A stretch of 64,000 nt of DNA, taken from contig OU015566.1 of NCBI GenBank assembly GCA_907165135.1, forward strand, positions 11,346,001 through 11,410,000. The letters are read 5' to 3'. The stretch comes from Oikopleura dioica (taxonomy: Eukaryota > Animalia > Chordata). The notes under the pieces were generated by a model that did not search any database, was not told the origin of the DNA, and saw only the letters and a list, made by a program, of their open reading frames with translations. Below are positions 14,536 through 25,754 of the stretch, in pieces. The first letter of the stretch is position 1; each line of letters begins with the position of its first letter. The position numbers were made by a program, and so were the translations under genes.

Positions 14536-15988
14536 ATGGCGGAATCGTACCCCAACATGCACCTCAATGGACACAAAACAGAAGGCGAGCATGAGGCACG
14601 GTCAAAAATCTCAAAATTTGTTGCGAAAGAAATTTTTGTGTTCGCAACGAAATTCTCTAGATCAATGCAAAATTTTTATGACGCCAAGACTTTGCCGGTT
14701 CAAATAAGACATACGCATCTTGTTATGTCTCCAGAGATTTATAATAAACCCTTTTCCGAGATAAATTTGCAAAAAAACTAACTGTAGCGCTTATATATTT
14801 TCGAGAAATTTCGAGTGTTTAATTTTAGAGGTCTTCCTTGATTTCAATGGATTTTGAAAATTACTTAGGCGGTAAGCCAATGTATCCGAGAGATGAGACC
14901 CCTAAGCAGGAAAAAATGATGTGGAAAAAGAGGATGGTCCAGTCCCAAACGACAACGATGGAGATCAACACCAAGTTCCTCGCCGATCTCGACTCGCGAC
15001 TTGAACCTTTGAACCCACTTCCTGAACAAGTCAAGCTTATGCTCTCAATCTTGCAAGAGTCGAACAGACAGCACGAACTACAGATGAAACAGATGAGTGA
15101 ACATCTTATCAAAGAGATCCACAGAAGCGAAGCCAGACAAACGGAAAACTTGAATAAAGCTACACGCGATTATAACTCTAAATTGGAGCTCATCTCTAAA
15201 CAGATTTATGACATGCATGCGTAAGTTTCTATTTTTCAAATTTCTTGGTTCTCTTCCTTGATTTCAAAGCTAATCTAAGACTTCAGAGAGCTCCAGACAG
15301 TCCGAGGAAAGATTCGCGAAGATTTCATGCTTGTCGATACTGTAAGTAAAGCATACTATACATATGAGAAAAGTTTTTTAGAATACTCACGACAAAATCA
15401 TCGAAGTCCAAGAAAAATGCACCAAAGCAGCTGAACGGCTTCACGATATCAACTGTGATACTCTCAGTCTCAACGAGAAACTCGCTGAGATGAGAGACAA
15501 TGTAAGTTTCACCTGCTTTTCTCTACGATTACAATTGATGCTACTAGATAATTGATGACCGTCTGGCCTTTATGAAACAACATGAAGACATGGTGCGGAT
15601 GAAGGAGAATCAAGAGAAAATCTTGCGCCTCATTCGAGGTCCCGAAGCTGTTCTCAAGCAAAAGGACAAAGAGAAGCGCACGAAGCATAGATCGGGAGAG
15701 AGCGATGACGAACGATCTTGCAAAGAGGAGAACGGCGTGAAGCGCGAATACCGCGACCATGATTCACACAGTTCCAGACGCAGCAGCTTTGATCGTGACT
15801 CCGAATCGCATAGCTCTCACAAACATCGTCCAAGTTCATATGATCGCAATAGAGGAACCTACAATCCCAGTTATCGCAGGCCGTTTGCGACGAAGAAGCA
15901 GAGGCGCAGCGAGTCTCCGGGCCCAAGCTACAATAATAATAATAGCAGATCGACGAGACCATCGCGATTTCCTCGGGCGCGCAGCTAG
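14536..15988 (+). CDS. Orphan protein with coiled-coil middle and Arg/Ser-rich C-terminus
   Basis: ATG follows ttcag|a. Short introns join heptad-like exons (14838-15220, 15285-15340, 15382-15501) to a last exon ending SRSTRPSRFPRARS*. Confidence 0.65.
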
Positions 15989-16749
15989 GAATGGGGCCTT
16001 TTTATTCCGTCAGTTCAATTTTAAGTTAAAAAGAGAGCCTCCAAAGAAGAGAAAAACAACCAGGAAATCCGTACTCATCTTCCTTTCAAAATTCATAAAG
16101 CAAAGCTTACGAAAAACTCAACTTGAATAAAGCTGGTTTAAACATCGTTCTAGCCATTTTATTACCTCCCTGTATTTGCTGCCATTATAAATTTTGAATG
16201 TAAACAAAGTGACTGGTTATGCGTTATTATCAACTAGCCAATTGTCTTAAAAATATCCTCGCAGAATTTAACTAAATCTGTAAATATATTAACACGTATT
16301 ATTTTCTTTGACTGGACCTCGCCAACTTGCTACTTCTACCAGTACGAAGCGATCTTCTTTTTGAGCAATCTTGGTGTTGGGAGACCCCGAAGCCATGATA
16401 TCTTCCTTTTTGTATTTAAACCTATTCCAGTCAGCTTAAACTTTTATGTAGCTTTTACTTTTACCAAGTGTTCAGTTCTCACATTTCAATAGTACTTCAC
16501 GAGATTCATAAAAATTCACGAGCCCAATTTTTTCCTTAACCTTTTTTCGTATTTAATTCTACAGTCCTTACTTCAGCGCGCACTTTTTCTTCTTGGATCC
16601 TTATCTTCACTGTAGAAATCTTCACGAGCATTTTTATCTTCACTTTTAAATAATAATAAAAATCAGCGAAAACAAATCTCATTCGTTTTTCAATATTCAG
16701 ACGACGCTAAATGTCGTGAAATACACGCGATATCGGTCCTGAAGGAGAA

Positions 16750-19287
16750 ATGTCGCGGTGGGTTGGGGACAATGACAAATCATCTATTTCGGCGGTCGAT
16801 CAGCTGTCAGAATGCTTCGAAGAGCTTCTGAAAAATGGCCAGGATCTCTCTGATATCACGTTCGTCGTGGATAACAAAGAGTTTTACCTCCACAGATGCG
16901 TTTTGGCGAGCAGAAGTTCTTACTTTCGCGCCTTGCTCTTTGGGGGAATGCGTGAGTCGCAAGAAGACAAGGTAGAATTAAGAGATACAACAGATGCAGC
17001 ATTCTCAAAACTGATTTTCTTCATTTACACCGGACGCATCGAACTTCAACTACTCGACAAAGACCTTGTATTGGACATACTCCGCCTCGCCCATCGATAT
17101 GGATTAGGAATCGTGTTGAAACGGTGACTTTTATTATGCATACACAGAACGGAAAAAGGCTGGAAATGCTGTGCTCTGAGTATTTGGCCCGCCGCGGATC
17201 CTAGGCAGCATTGGCATCAAGCTTCTCTTCTTGATGAAAAAGTAGTCATCATTCAAGTCTGGCGAGTCGCTATGGGTGGGAGTTTCCCCTCGATCGCGAT
17301 CGAAAAGAGCTCTGAAGGCGTCCAAAGAGGTGAAGGCTTCAGTGAAGGCTTTAGTGGGGTCAAATGAAAATCCGGTAAACAAATTTCCAAAATCAAAAGA
17401 GCTGCCCGTTCCTAACATCAGGAGAAAAATTCTCATCTTTTAGAATCTTTGCGAGTAACATTCTTCATTAGTTCCCCGACCTTTTATTCGTATCGTTATG
17501 TTGCATATTTAATAGGCTCGTTAGTAGTTTTAACGCAATTTGAAACTAACGAGTGAAAAGTCTAAAATGTCAACACGAGTTAGAACAGCTTGTCAGTTTG
17601 CTGAGCAAGTTCCTGAATTCAACCTTGCGCCTTAGGGATGTTTGCAAGATCTTCAATCATGCGATTATGTTTCAGCTTGATGATTTAGGTTCGGAAAGAC
17701 AGGGTCCTGGTTTTGATTAATGGAATCATTCAGTTCAGTCTACCTCTGACTTTATGGATCGTCACGCGACGGAGATCCTGGAAAGCGAGGAGCTCCTTCA
17801 TTTGTCCGATGATGCATTAATTAAAGTATGAACTGACCCAAATAGTAGCTCGATAATGAGTTCTTTAGCTTATTTCTCGCAACTCTTTCTGCGCTTCTGA
17901 ACTGGTTATTTTCCGCGCTGTTGCCGCCTGGTGCGAGTACCACAATGTCGTTGGGTCAGATGCAGAGCCGATTCTGGAATGCGTGAGACTGCCCTTGATT
18001 GGAATGAAGGAACTGCTTCATGAAGTTCGGCCGATGGGGATAGCCTCGCCCGACTCGATCATGGACGCGATCTCGTTGAAAGTGGAATCTCGGGATATGG
18101 AGCTACCCCACCGTGGGGTGATTTTTCCAGATCGAAATATGGCTGTAGGAACGGAAGGAGCGGAAGTTATCGATGGAGAGTTCATTCAGTTTCTGCTCGA
18201 CGGAAACTCGAAGGATTATAACAACGATAAGGGATTTTCAAGGCATATTATCGGCAATAGGTAAATTCAGAATGAAGGAAAAAGCAAAACGTTCTTTTCA
18301 GCGAAACCGGCGAACCAAAAGCAATCGTGGTCAGCCTTGCCCAGCCAACCATCCTCAATCATCTGAAACTGCTCCTCTGGGACAAAGATGATCGAGCGTA
18401 CAGTTATTATGTTGAAGTGTCTGTCGACGGGAAGGACTACCTGAAGGTCATCGATTATGCAAGCTATTTTTGTCGCTCGTGGCAGAATTTGTACTTTCCC
18501 CAGCGAGTTGTTCGCTTCATTCGGATTGTTGGAACTGCGAACACCGCGAATAATGTATTTCATTTGGTGACCCTGGAGGCGTATTACAGGGAGAATGTTC
18601 CTGAATTCGATCAGAAGGTAAAATAACCCGTTTTTCTTTGACCTAACTTGTTTTAGGGAATCATCAAGCCTGTCAAAAACGTAGCTTGCGTTCGAGAGGG
18701 TGCAACAGTCATCGAAGGAGTTTCAAGAACACGAGATACTCTAATTTCCGGACAGCTTGGCGAGTATGACTGGGAACAGGGCTACACCTGTCATCAGCTG
18801 GGCGTCGGAGCTATTGTTGTACAACTTGCCCAACCGTATGTTCTTGGAAGCATGCGATTACTTCTCTGGGACTGTGACGATCGACAGTATACTTTTGATA
18901 TTTATGTCTCTACTGACAGGTACACAAAACCTACATTCACAAATAAAACTCTTCAAGGAAAACATGGCAGCTAGTGGTAAAGAAAGAGCAACTTTGCCGA
19001 AGCTGGCAATACATGGAATTCCCCGCACGCCCTGTTGTATTTTTCCAAGTTGTCGGAACACACAATACTGCGAATGAAGTTTTCCATGCAGTTCACTTCG
19101 AATCCCCTGCGCAAGTCGGCCAAGAAGAAACCGAGGCACGATGGAGGCCAAGCCCAAATCAGTACCAAAATCAAAATCAAGAGCAAGATGAGAATACGAA
19201 CTCCGAAGAAAGTAGGTTATAAACTCTTTCTATCCCTCATTTTTTCTAGCGGAAGATGATAATTTGTCGAACCCTGAACCTACGTAG
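16750..19287 (+). CDS. BTBD9: BTB/POZ-BACK-F5/8C protein BTBD9
   Basis: BTB domain SDITFVV..HRCVLASRSSYFRALLFGGMRES, BACK domain VRLPL, and two discoidin-like repeats LLLWDKDDRAYSYYVEVS and YDWEQGYTCHQLG...LLLWDCDDRQY. Confidence 0.92.
17134..17436 (-). CDS. Nested antisense intronless ORF (100 aa), candidate secreted peptide precursor, inside the BTBD9 intron 17108-17583
   Basis: ATG is directly preceded by aaaag. The protein has a short hydrophobic N-terminus MRIFLLMLGTGSS, an acidic spacer, a KKR site and a C-terminal 29-mer. Confidence 0.55.
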   Translation of the reverse strand: MRIFLLMLGTGSSFDFGNLFTGFSFDPTKAFTEAFTSLDAFRALFDRDRGETPTHSDSPDLNDDYFFIKKRSLMPMLPRIRGGPNTQSTAFPAFFRSVYA

Positions 19288-19420
19288 CCCAGCAACTAAC
19301 CATACTAGAAGAATGTTATTTCAAAGTATCTAAATGTCCCTAAATTCGCTTTCACCAGTACTGTCTGTTTATTAACTAATAAATTATGCGCTGACTTCTC
19401 TCAGCTATTCCTCAAACCAG

Positions 19421-22008
19421 TCAATTATCTAATGGAAGAGATCCTCTCTTCCAAAAAAATTTATTAGTTTGCACTTTAAAAACTGCTCATTTATCGAGCA
19501 AGTTACAAGATATTGCTGTAGTTGTCCATTGGCGTTCCATATCGAGCGTCTATAATTTGATTTTTTCGCCTTCTTCAAAACCTGCTTACTTGATACAGAA
19601 CTTGAAGTTGACGAGAGGGGTCCTCTAATCGGCGAGGTCGGAGATAGCGGCCGGAGATATCGAATAGATCCCGTTTCAACAAGCCAGCTTCTGTAATCAT
19701 TATTCAAATCTGCAGCTGAGTTATTCAAGTAGTAGTGCTGTGGGAGACTGAGTTCGGAGCTCGCTCGGAGAATGGATGGCTTTTGTATATTTATATCAAG
19801 CACGGTATCCTTTCTTCGACCAACGTAGTTGTACGCCGCTTTGAATCCTTCGTAATAGTGGGTGAATGATTTTCGTTCGGAACGCTCGTGGCTCCATGTG
19901 AGTCGGAGAAGGTTAGCCACGTCGGAGAAGACCTGCGAAGATCAATTTTAATTGCGCATTGATAACTTACCTCGACGTGTTGATGCTGGTTTAGAATATA
20001 AGGCAGTTCATGCCTGATGTCCATGTTCTGCTTGTAACTTTTTATCAAGTCCCAAGTGTTCAAGCCCGTCACGCCATCAAGAGGGTGACCTCCTCTATTG
20101 AATACTTCCCAAATTACATATCCGAAGGAAAATATGTCAGAGTATGTGGAAAACTCGAAATTGAAAACTTCAGGTGCAAAATTTCGAAGCGGATGAGGTT
20201 TGTCATTATTCTTCATCGTATAGTAGCAGCTTCCATACTCTTCCGTTGTGTAGGACGACAGCCCGAAATCGGATATTTTTGGGACAAGGTTGTCGTCAAG
20301 GAGGATGTTTTTTGCTGAAATATCGCGATGGAGAATTTTATTTTGCGCAAGAAAATCAAAGCCAGAAGCACACTTAGAAAAGTAAATCAGCTATTGTAGC
20401 AAAGAAAAAATGTACCTGAAAGAGAATTTTCAGAGCATGCGTGAATCTAATGACGTTCGAGGATTTACTGACGTATTCGCTTATACTCCTATTTTTACTG
20501 TACAATGGCATTACGATGACAGGATGATTACCATCTTCGATTGCTGTAAAGATGGTAACTAGTTTGTTCCTGAATTGATAATAGGTAAAATTTTGTTTTT
20601 GCGTTGACCATTTCCTATGCCATAAATTTCCACAACATATTTACTCTTTGCTCGAAGCACAAAAGAAGCCTCCTTGAAATAGTCCGTGGTATTCGGACAA
20701 AAATTTTTAGGAAAGCCAGCGCAGCACTTTTCTTTCTTGAATCTTTTCACGGCAACAGGAACAAACGATGTTTTATTGCTTGATATTGAATTCTGTCCTC
20801 GGTCATAATCTCATGTTTATGAAGAAAGTAAAACTGATTAATTTGCATTTTTACAGGAGTAAATGACCCTATCCTGGTATCTCAGATGACCTTTGTATAC
20901 GTTTCCAAAATAACCAGCACCGATTTCCCTGCTGTCAACCTTGAGCATTTTCTTCGAGATGTAAATCTTCTTCAGGTCAGCTTTGACTTCATCAGAGACT
21001 TCTGCTTTCTGGAAACTATTTATAGTTCTTTCGTAAAATTCTTTCCTTGTCTTCTCCAATCTTTTGTTCTTTAGCAGGAATAATTTGGTCGCTGATTGTT
21101 TTACCAAATGTCTTGATTGCGAGCCCCTTGGGAAACAGGTCAACCACACAAGATGGATCAAGAGCAGGACAATTGTTGGCAAGAACGTCATCATAATTAT
21201 AGTTTCTTCTGCCTCCTCTTTTTCTGTCCCGATCGTTACTGTTATCGTTTTTGTGGTGTTACCGAACTCGAAATCCGTCCACATTCTTTTCAATGTTGAA
21301 TATTGCACTTCGACAACTGGGAAGTTTTCTATCACTCGGGTTAAAAAAAGTAACGGCAACTAATTCTGAATTAGTAATTCATAACAAGCATCACTTATTT
21401 TTCAACCCGACGCTAGTATACTTGTCGGCGAATTGTCGGATAATGATTTGTCAATGATACTTTCTGAGACCACATCAATGATGAGAAGTCCAGCTGGGTT
21501 CCCTGTATCATCATTCATGTACTGTTTAGCCATCTCAATCTTGTCCTCATAGTTACAGTCGCCAGCGTTTACGAGAAAAATAATTGGCTCGTCATCGTCA
21601 GGATGAATGGTTGGCTCGTTGTGCTGGTACTGATAATCTTGACAACCGTCTTCAATACTAGCCCATGGTCCGGAATCATCAGATTCGGAAGGTTGAGAGA
21701 CAATTATTAGCTTTGCGGATACCTCTTTGCAAATGTTTAAAAATATTCTGTTAGAGAATGCTTACCGTCAGAAATTCTGTACATTGTTTTGTCAATCCAT
21801 TTTCCACTATACTCTTCCGTTTTAGAAGATTCATCATTTTGTCCCTTGTCCTCTAATTTGATCGTCGTGTAGTTCTTCCTCGTTAAAACGGCGATGTAGA
21901 AAATGAAGTAAATAGAAATGTAGTACACCCCTGAAAGCGCGTTAGCAAATTCTCTTGATTTTTGGTTCTACCGATAGCAATTAAAAGATAGACCCATTTT
22001 TTCTCCAT
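19421..22008 (-). CDS. Receptor tyrosine kinase-like protein with PA (protease-associated)-like ectodomain, TM helix and kinase domain
   Basis: Kinase motifs are EIGAGYFGNVYKG, VAVK, HRDISAKN, KISDFGL, YY in the activation loop, FAPE and SDIFSFGYVIWEV. The TM is IIMMTFLPTIVLLLIHLVWLTCF. The ectodomain reads DGC...IIFLVNAGDCNYEDKIEMAKQ...AGLLIID...FPVVEV. Confidence 0.85.
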
Positions 22009-22806
22009 GCTAGTGCTTCTTACAGATATATATTTCAACAGAATAAAAAAAGCAAATATATGCCGAGAGTAGTTTTACATTTTGCAAATTTTATTTCCGC
22101 TTCGTGACGCACTTTTCTCTCTCTTTATCATGGAATTTGCAGGGGCAGATGGCAGTCTTTTCGCCCGTCGGGATTTCTACTGGGAGTTGGACAAAATCAA
22201 TTTCGATCCTGATTGCTGTGCTCACACTTGAGCCTTGACCTCTCTGAAAACCTCATTAGTGCTCGAACGGGCTTTCCGTGTTTTTAATCTTGTTATTTAA
22301 ACTCATTTTTCTAAATTTAAACCTAGTCCTTTTGTTTGGTTGCTACAAATTATCTAATAGTGATCGAAACATATCACTAAATAAAATGAAAAAGATACAG
22401 TCAGCTACTTCTAAAGACAGTTAGGAAGGTCGAGTTTTGAATGGGTGACCATACCTTTGCCTACAAATTCATTTTCGACCGTCTTCTCTTTTTATTTCTT
22501 TGTTTAGATTAATGAGGCTAGTGGACAAGCAAAGAGTCAAAGTATTTGAGTACTCTGAACTTCGCTTGGTTTACTGTTGTTCACGTCGAGGCCAACTTCT
22601 CAATCTGTCCTAAGCAGATTTTATCACCACAAATTTATGAGAAAAGAAACCTCCTAAAACATGATACACGTGAAACAGTTGTTTATCAAAAATAAGAAAT
22701 CACATGTTTACAATTTTCTCAACAAGAAAGCAGTAGAGTCTATTTGTATTTATATAAGTGACTTCAAAGTCAAATTCATCTTTACAAGCTTCTTTTTGCA
22801 GTTTTT

Positions 22807-23774
22807 TCAGGCAAAAATCAAGCTGTACAAAGAACCGCATACACAGGCCAACCAGCATGTCCCGCAAAGCATTCCATAGCAGTAATCCATGTCAACTAAA
22901 AGGAACCTAATCGACGAGTTCTACTTTAGTACTCACTTCTCTCGTTAACAATTTTCAAGCCATCATAAAGCTGTTGTTGAGTCCATCCAGTCTTAAAAAC
23001 GTATTTATTGTAATTATTTCGCAAAGTAACTCACAATTTCCATGATCATCATATCTTCTCCTGTTGGGGGCATATCTTCCTTCCAACCAGGTATGACCCC
23101 GAAATATTCCACATCAACTGTATATTTGTACAATCGGTCATCGTAATCATGCTGGCAGAAACAGCAAGCTTCAGGATTACCAGGGTTTCCTGAATGCTGA
23201 AATTGTTATTCAAAAACATCATTTTCTAACCTGGTAGAGCGCGAATGAAATCAGCTATTTCGGAGGGGGAAGCCTTAGAAAAATTGTGGATCATTCGAAT
23301 GACATTTCTAGGAACTTCGTGACCTTGCACAGCGGGGTCTTTGAGTTTTTCAATGAATTGAAGCAAAAGCTCTTTGCGAGAGTTTATGTCAGCGCCTTCT
23401 TCAGCTCTAAAAAAGGATTAGCTACATCTATCTTATTTGAGGGTTTTCAACGTTCCTGAACTGGTCTTCTAATCTTAAACCATTATTTGAGCTTGATAAG
23501 TTAGTTGTTTCTTTCGTGACCGGTTGTTGGGTAACCGTTGCAGGAAGTTGATCATTATTAGATCCAAAGTGAGTGTTCGGCCGATCCCCAGGCGGGTCGG
23601 GCAAAGCAGGAAGTGCCTTATCCGGAGTCCATTGGTTATTCTGAATTTCAGGAGACGTTCTCTCGGGCTCGTTCTGATGAGCTGGCTGAGAATCCAACTG
23701 AGAAGAAAATTGATAACCCCCGTTGACCAAGGATCAGTTCCGTCTCCGAATTTATAATCACCAAAAGAACTCAT
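22807..23774 (-). CDS. Protein with Pro/Gln-rich N-terminus and Cys-rich hydrophobic C-terminus, distantly CHIC/Erf4(Golgin-A7)-like; one apparent 1-bp frameshift
   Basis: Five exons. The C-terminus is DVEYFGVIPGWKEDMP...LKIVNERIDMDYCYGMLCGTCWLACVCGSLYSLIFA*. The frame break is at the C5 run 23717-23721. Confidence 0.6.
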
Positions 23775-25754
23775 AACTGATCCTTTCACGATCGTCTTCT
23801 GCGAGATAATTCCCTATCTAGAGACATGACGTGCTGTATTTTTGATGAGGAAGATAACTGACGATAGAGGAATATTCTATAAACAAAGAAAAGGTTTGGT
23901 CTTCGAAGTACTGGTATTTCCAAAATAAATTCCGCGCTGCACGTTTCTTAGGTCGCGATACTTTGTTTTATCTGTTTAGTCTCTCAACGCACTCTTATGT
24001 TTTAATTTACGATTGAATTAAGGTATAAGCATGTCGAAAGTTTAGACAAAAACCCTGTCTGCTAATTGATTTACTTTGATCGATAGGTTACTTGATGAAA
24101 CTTTGTAATATCACCTTAGGGTCCACAGGACATGGTACTTCATCCTACAAAGATTATTTTCCTCAAATTTCAAATGCGATTTTTACGGGTTGACTTCTAA
24201 CAAGATTATCAATCGAAATTAATAGACGTAAAATGAAATCTCTTTAGTATTTATGTATGTTTTATAATCGCGATTTGGCGATATGGGCTGAGAAAAATAT
24301 ATGTTTGAAGCTTAGGTTCCAGCCCATGTTGGACTCTAACGTGGCTCGAAAGCTGCTTATAGCTTCTCATATAGAAAGATAACAGAGTAATCACACTAAA
24401 CCATTCTTGAACTAAGTGATGCAGATTAATTCTTGCTCAGGAAGCAATTTATCCCTGGTAGCAAAGAGATGCTCTTGGATGATAAGGACTCAATAGTGTT
24501 TTCAACATCCTGTTGTTTACTTGAGCCTGGGTTCGAGGTACTGCAAACCCGAGGCATCCGAAGTTCCAAATGAGTCAAGGATCTATACGATCCGGCCGGA
24601 AGAAAATTATTTATTGTACAACGGACTGTAAAACGAAACTATTTAGAAGCGTCAAATTTTTATATGTTAATCCCTTGTTTACTTTTGAATAAAAACACGT
24701 TACTTGCATAATAGGAAGGCTTGAAATTTGAGTAAGAACTTTGGTTAACCTCACAGCTTTAATCCGCTGACAGCGGACCGCTGTCATTATCGGCTTGACA
24801 TTGTTCTTTTAGAGGCCTATTTAGAAGTACTGCTAAACATGAGCTTTTTATAACAAAGTTTGACAAAAATATAGTTATCAAAATTTCAAGGTGTAGTTCC
24901 ACCCGCGATTCAGCTTCCGCACAGCATGAAAATTTGACCGTTAATCATCAAGCTGGCCTCTAAAATTGCTGTCCGAATTTTAAGAAGCTAGAAGGCATTC
25001 TTTTGGAAATAACAGCCAATTGCTTGTGGTCGTTCGATTTAACTGTTCTCAGGATGTTTCCTTTGGAAGTTATTCGAATTATTGAAAGTTATTTGAGGTT
25101 TTACGGTGAAAGGTGGCTCCGGTTCCTATCGCAGGTCGATTTTCGCACGTTGCAAATACGGGCCCTTGAAAATCAACCTTGCTTCGTCGTTGTTGATTTT
25201 AGTTAGTAACAGTTAACACGTTACGAAAACGAAAATCTTGCAACGAATACTCTAATCTTTACCCAAATCTGAAAAAATAAAAGATGTGCTTTCTTAGATC
25301 TATCTTATAGAAGAAACGCAATGTTGACTACAAAATTGGTTCGTGTAAGTGTTGTGAGTCTGAATTTGAGGCTTTCAAAAATAAAATGACAAGATACAAT
25401 GCAGAATTTGATACGTTTATGGAGATTTCATCGAAGACATTTACGGAAAAGTGCTCCCTATCAACAAGATAAGTTCTTGTTAAACCGGTAGCCCCTCATA
25501 AAATCCCTTTCTACACGTTTCCTGCTAGATTGCCACGATGTCCAGGAAGAATTCTTCAAAGATAAAAACTTATCGTAAAAGATCATGAGGCGCTCTTGCG
25601 TGGTACAGCGCCCGTCGCTCGGAGTATTTAAGGAAGACAACGAAGCATTTTCTTTATTCTAAGTCCGAGTTGAGTTTTTGAAAACAACAGGTAAAGATAT
25701 TCAGAGGTTCTGAATTTAAATCAACATTTCTAGCTCGAAATAGAATAAGAGAGG

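Noticed and set aside
24000-25500. Possible RNA gene or transposon relic (GGTTCGA at ~24530)
   Set aside because: I found no tRNA cloverleaf, matching A-box, TIR/TSD or recognisable coding remnant.
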